Positions 42,640 through 45,289 of a stretch of DNA of 45,289 bases are shown here, piece after piece. A model generated the notes under the pieces. The model did not search any database. It saw only the letters and a list, made by a program, of their open reading frames with translations, and had not been told where the DNA came from. The DNA comes from Nitrosopumilaceae archaeon (GTDB taxonomy: Archaea; Thermoproteota; Nitrososphaeria; Nitrososphaerales; Nitrosopumilaceae): NCBI GenBank assembly GCA_050050475.1, contig JASFUC010000001.1, positions 1 to 45,289 on the forward strand. Direction: 5' to 3'. The number at the start of each line of letters is the position of its first letter. Position 1 is the first letter of the stretch. The position numbers and the translations under genes are program-made.

Positions 42640-44103
42640 ATGAATCCATTATACATGTCTGCTATTACTCCAAAAAAAATCGGTGAAAACCAATACGAAA
42701 TCGAAGCTGATTCAAACTTTGGAATGAAGGTTCCAGTCAGAATTTACGCAAATGAGGCACTGCTAGAAAAAATGCTAACTGACAGAACAATAATGCAAGC
42801 AAAAAATGTTGCATCAATTCCAGGAATTGTAAGTCATAGTGTAGTTTTGCCTGATGGACATGAAGGATATGGGTTCCCAGTAGGAGGAGTTGCCGCAATG
42901 GATGCAGAAGAAGGAATGATTAGCCCTGGAGGTGTGGGATATGATATTAACTGTGGAGTCAGGCTTTTACGATCAAATTTAACGGAAGACCAAGTTCGCG
43001 CAAAACTCAAGGACCTTGTAACTGATCTTTTCAACTCAATACCATCTGGTGTGGGCTCCAAAGGCTCAGTCAAGCTTAGTCATTCGGATTTAGATGAAGT
43101 CTTGACTCGTGGAGTAAACTGGGCAATTGAAAATGGATATGGTTCATCACATGATGCAGAAGTCTGCGAAGAAAACGGTCAGATCGACAATGCAGACCCT
43201 AACAAAGTTTCAGATAAAGCAAGAAAGAGGGGGCTTCCACAGCTAGGGAGCTTGGGTTCAGGTAATCATTTTCTTGAAGTACAAAAAGTATCTGAGGTTC
43301 ACAACGAAGAGGCTGCAAACAAGATGGGTCTAGAAAAGGGAACTATTACAGTTCTAGTTCATTGTGGTTCAAGAGGATTTGGACATCAGGTGTGTAGTGA
43401 TTATCTAAGAACATCCGAGCAGGCGTTGGAAAAATATGGGATTCATCTCAATGACAGAGAGCTTGCATGTGTTCCAAATACTTCAGAAGAAGGAGAGTCC
43501 TACAGAAAAGCAATGTTTTCTGCTTTAAACTATGCATGGAGCAACAGACAGATGCTGACTCACTGGACACGAAAATCCTTTGAGAGAGTTTTCAAACAGT
43601 CTGAATCAGATTTGGATATGAAGCTAGTTTATGATGTTGCACACAATATCGCAAAGGTTGAACGACACAAGATTAACGGGGAAGAGAGAAAACTAGTGGT
43701 TCACAGAAAAGGAGCAACCAGGGCATTTCCAGCAGAACGCGATGAGGTTCCACTAAAGTACCGACATCTAGGACAACCAGTACTTGTTCCAGGTTCAATG
43801 GGTACGGCAAGCTGGGTATTGCTGGGACAACCAAATGCAATGAATCTGAGTTTTGGCTCCACTGCACATGGAGCCGGCAGAACAATGTCTCGCTCCAAGG
43901 CAAGACGAAATTTCACCGAAGACAATGTAAAAAAATCATTAAATGATAAAGGAATATTCATTAAAGCATTGACTAGGGATGGTGTCGTAGAGGAGACTCC
44001 ACAGGCCTACAAGGACGTTGATTCTGTAGTTAATGTCTCCCATGACTTGGGAATAGCCACAAAAGTGGCAAAATTAGTGCCTATAGGTGTGATTAAGGGT
44101 TGA
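42640..44103 (+). CDS. rtcB: RNA-splicing ligase RtcB
   Basis: GYGFPVGGV, GGVGYDINCG, GSGNHF, HCGSRGFGHQ and HGAGR motifs. The start is ATG 42640 or 42655; the track extension to 42451 is rejected. Confidence 0.95.
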   Translation: MNPLYMSAITPKKIGENQYEIEADSNFGMKVPVRIYANEALLEKMLTDRTIMQAKNVASIPGIVSHSVVLPDGHEGYGFPVGGVAAMDAEEGMISPGGVGYDINCGVRLLRSNLTEDQVRAKLKDLVTDLFNSIPSGVGSKGSVKLSHSDLDEVLTRGVNWAIENGYGSSHDAEVCEENGQIDNADPNKVSDKARKRGLPQLGSLGSGNHFLEVQKVSEVHNEEAANKMGLEKGTITVLVHCGSRGFGHQVCSDYLRTSEQALEKYGIHLNDRELACVPNTSEEGESYRKAMFSALNYAWSNRQMLTHWTRKSFERVFKQSESDLDMKLVYDVAHNIAKVERHKINGEERKLVVHRKGATRAFPAERDEVPLKYRHLGQPVLVPGSMGTASWVLLGQPNAMNLSFGSTAHGAGRTMSRSKARRNFTEDNVKKSLNDKGIFIKALTRDGVVEETPQAYKDVDSVVNVSHDLGIATKVAKLVPIGVIKG

Positions 44104-44498
44104 GTGATGATATAGAGCTAGAAAGACTAAAGGCAAAAAGATTAGCAGAGATGCAAAAAAACATCTCAACAAAGCAAATCCCGGAGCCAGAACAAAAAGA
44201 AAAACCAAAACCAAACCCAAGAGAAATAGTCCTAAAGTCCCTTGGATTCCGTGGAGAAGAGGTACTTCAAAACGCAGAGACTCAATTTCCAAATGAGACT
44301 CAGACAGTAATTGTACAGCTTGCACAATTAATTTCATCAGGGGAGTTTGATGAGAAAATCGACGGTGGACAATTGTTGTCACTATTCAGAACAATTGGAT
44401 TAAACGTTAGGATGCAAACTAAAATCAACGTAGAACAAGACGGAAAGTTTGTCTCTTTATCTGAAAAATTGAACAGCAAAAAAAATGATGAAGAGTAA
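44100..44498 (+). CDS. PDCD5/TFAR19-like double-stranded DNA-binding protein
   Basis: TTG start overlapping the rtcB stop (TTGA). ELERLKAKRLAEMQ...AETQFPNETQTVIVQLAQLISSG...IDGGQLLSLF. Confidence 0.7.
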   Translation: MSDDIELERLKAKRLAEMQKNISTKQIPEPEQKEKPKPNPREIVLKSLGFRGEEVLQNAETQFPNETQTVIVQLAQLISSGEFDEKIDGGQLLSLFRTIGLNVRMQTKINVEQDGKFVSLSEKLNSKKNDEE

Positions 44499-44812
44499 TG
44501 GGCGTAACACTAGAAGTTTCAACTAAAAGTTATACAGATGACAAGCTTGCAGTAAAGATGGCATTGTCTCACATGGAGACCCTACTTGGAACTCCTAATG
44601 GATATGCACTAAGTGACCCATACTCAAAGTTTGGATGGACATTTTTTAAAATCGCACTAAAAGCAGAGCTGCAAGAAGGAATTGAAAGAAAGTTTGGAGA
44701 CATGATAAGCAAGTACCAGTGGAGCAACCCAACTGAAAAGTTTACGAAATTTATGACTGACTATTTTGCATCCAAGGGTTGCAACATAAAGATAAAGGCA
44801 ATAAGTGTCTAG
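44498..44812 (+). CDS. Small conserved hypothetical protein (paralog of 346..657)
   Basis: ATG overlaps the upstream stop (TAATG). Carries the [10 protein letters not shown] block. Confidence 0.7.
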   Translation: MGVTLEVSTKSYTDDKLAVKMALSHMETLLGTPNGYALSDPYSKFGWTFFKIALKAELQEGIERKFGDMISKYQWSNPTEKFTKFMTDYFASKGCNIKIKAISV

Positions 44813-45289
44813 ACTCTTCTTCCTCTTTTACCGCCTTTCTTTCTGGTGGTATCATGAGGTATTGGTGTGACATCATCAATTCTTCCAATTTTAAATCCGC
44901 CCCTTGCAAGTGCTCTGATTGCAGCTTGTGCGCCTGGTCCTGGAACTCTGGAACCTACTCCTCCAACTGCACGGACTCTGATGTGAAATCCAGTAAAGCC
45001 TTTTGTCTTTGCAGATTCAATTACGGTGTTGGCAGCTTTCATTGCTGCAAATGGTGATGACTCGTACCTGTCTGCATTGACGTGTACTCCTCCAGATGAA
45101 AGTGCCACAGTTTCAGCGCCAGTAAGGTCAGTCATGTGAATGATGGTGTTATTGTAACTACTGTAAATGTGAGCAATTCCCCACTTTGCTGGACCTTCTT
45201 TTTTGGTCTCAGGCTCAGGTTTTGCCTTTTGCTCGGCTTTGGATTCAGTTGCAGTCTCCTCAACTTTCTCTTCTGCAGGAGCTTCTGCT
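44809..45289 (-). CDS. rps11: 30S ribosomal protein uS11 (partial; N-terminal extension runs off the right edge)
   Basis: [26 protein letters not shown]...[30 protein letters not shown]. The frame is open upstream of the track Met through 45288 ([34 protein letters not shown]). Confidence 0.9.
   Translation of the reverse strand, partial: AEAPAEEKVEETATESKAEQKAKPEPETKKEGPAKWGIAHIYSSYNNTIIHMTDLTGAETVALSSGGVHVNADRYESSPFAAMKAANTVIESAKTKGFTGFHIRVRAVGGVGSRVPGPGAQAAIRALARGGFKIGRIDDVTPIPHDTTRKKGGKRGRRV

Noticed and set aside
1-45289. Scan for rRNA, tRNA, CRISPR arrays, transposases and integrases
   Set aside because: No GC-rich structured-RNA islands, no repeat-spacer arrays, and no DDE, tyrosine or serine recombinase-like ORFs were seen by eye. 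A tRNAscan or Infernal run would be needed to exclude small ncRNAs formally.

Overview
This is a visibly AT-rich, gene-dense chromosomal segment. I call about 75 coding regions, roughly 25 of them micro-ORFs under 60 aa that the supplied ORF track misses. The informational genes (TFB, Alba, LSm, ribosomal protein uS11, RtcB, a PDCD5-like protein, an ESCRT-III/CdvB-like protein) plus a type-1 copper cupredoxin point to a marine ammonia-oxidising thaumarchaeon, Nitrosopumilus-like. That assignment is inferred from protein families, not from a database hit. I found no rRNA, tRNA, CRISPR array, integrase or transposase. Housekeeping content includes a sulfur-handling cluster (RHH regulator, rhodanese-rhodanese-metallo-beta-lactamase, TauE exporter, DUF1059), an ArsR/DUF1724 regulator, nitroreductase, DUF302, alpha/beta hydrolase, USP, malic enzyme with a divergent TrmB regulator, NDH-2 and a SAM methyltransferase. 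Four things stand out. (1) Two ~200-bp non-coding modules with identical 11-bp inverted arms and flanking TTAAC-ATT-GTTAA palindromes bracket a 1.5-kb cassette of tiny Zn-finger/wHTH genes (1757-3631). (2) There are tightly packed micro-operons of Cys-rich 32-35 aa peptides, each followed 3-89 nt downstream by a small ribbon-helix-helix protein. One peptide pair is clearly under purifying selection (13510-14032, 24404-24511, 20063-20397, 20981-21389). (3) An extracellular-protein island includes a 961-aa TSP3-CARDB-tandem-repeat-M23 peptidase, a DSFFD-repeat protein, a DUF4377-Kazal protein, and two lineage-specific modules reused across seven secreted proteins. (4) A solo Cas4-like nuclease sits next to a REC-REC protein. 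I cannot tell from sequence alone which, if any, of these is a functional system. All family names come from motif recognition and need HMM or structure confirmation.
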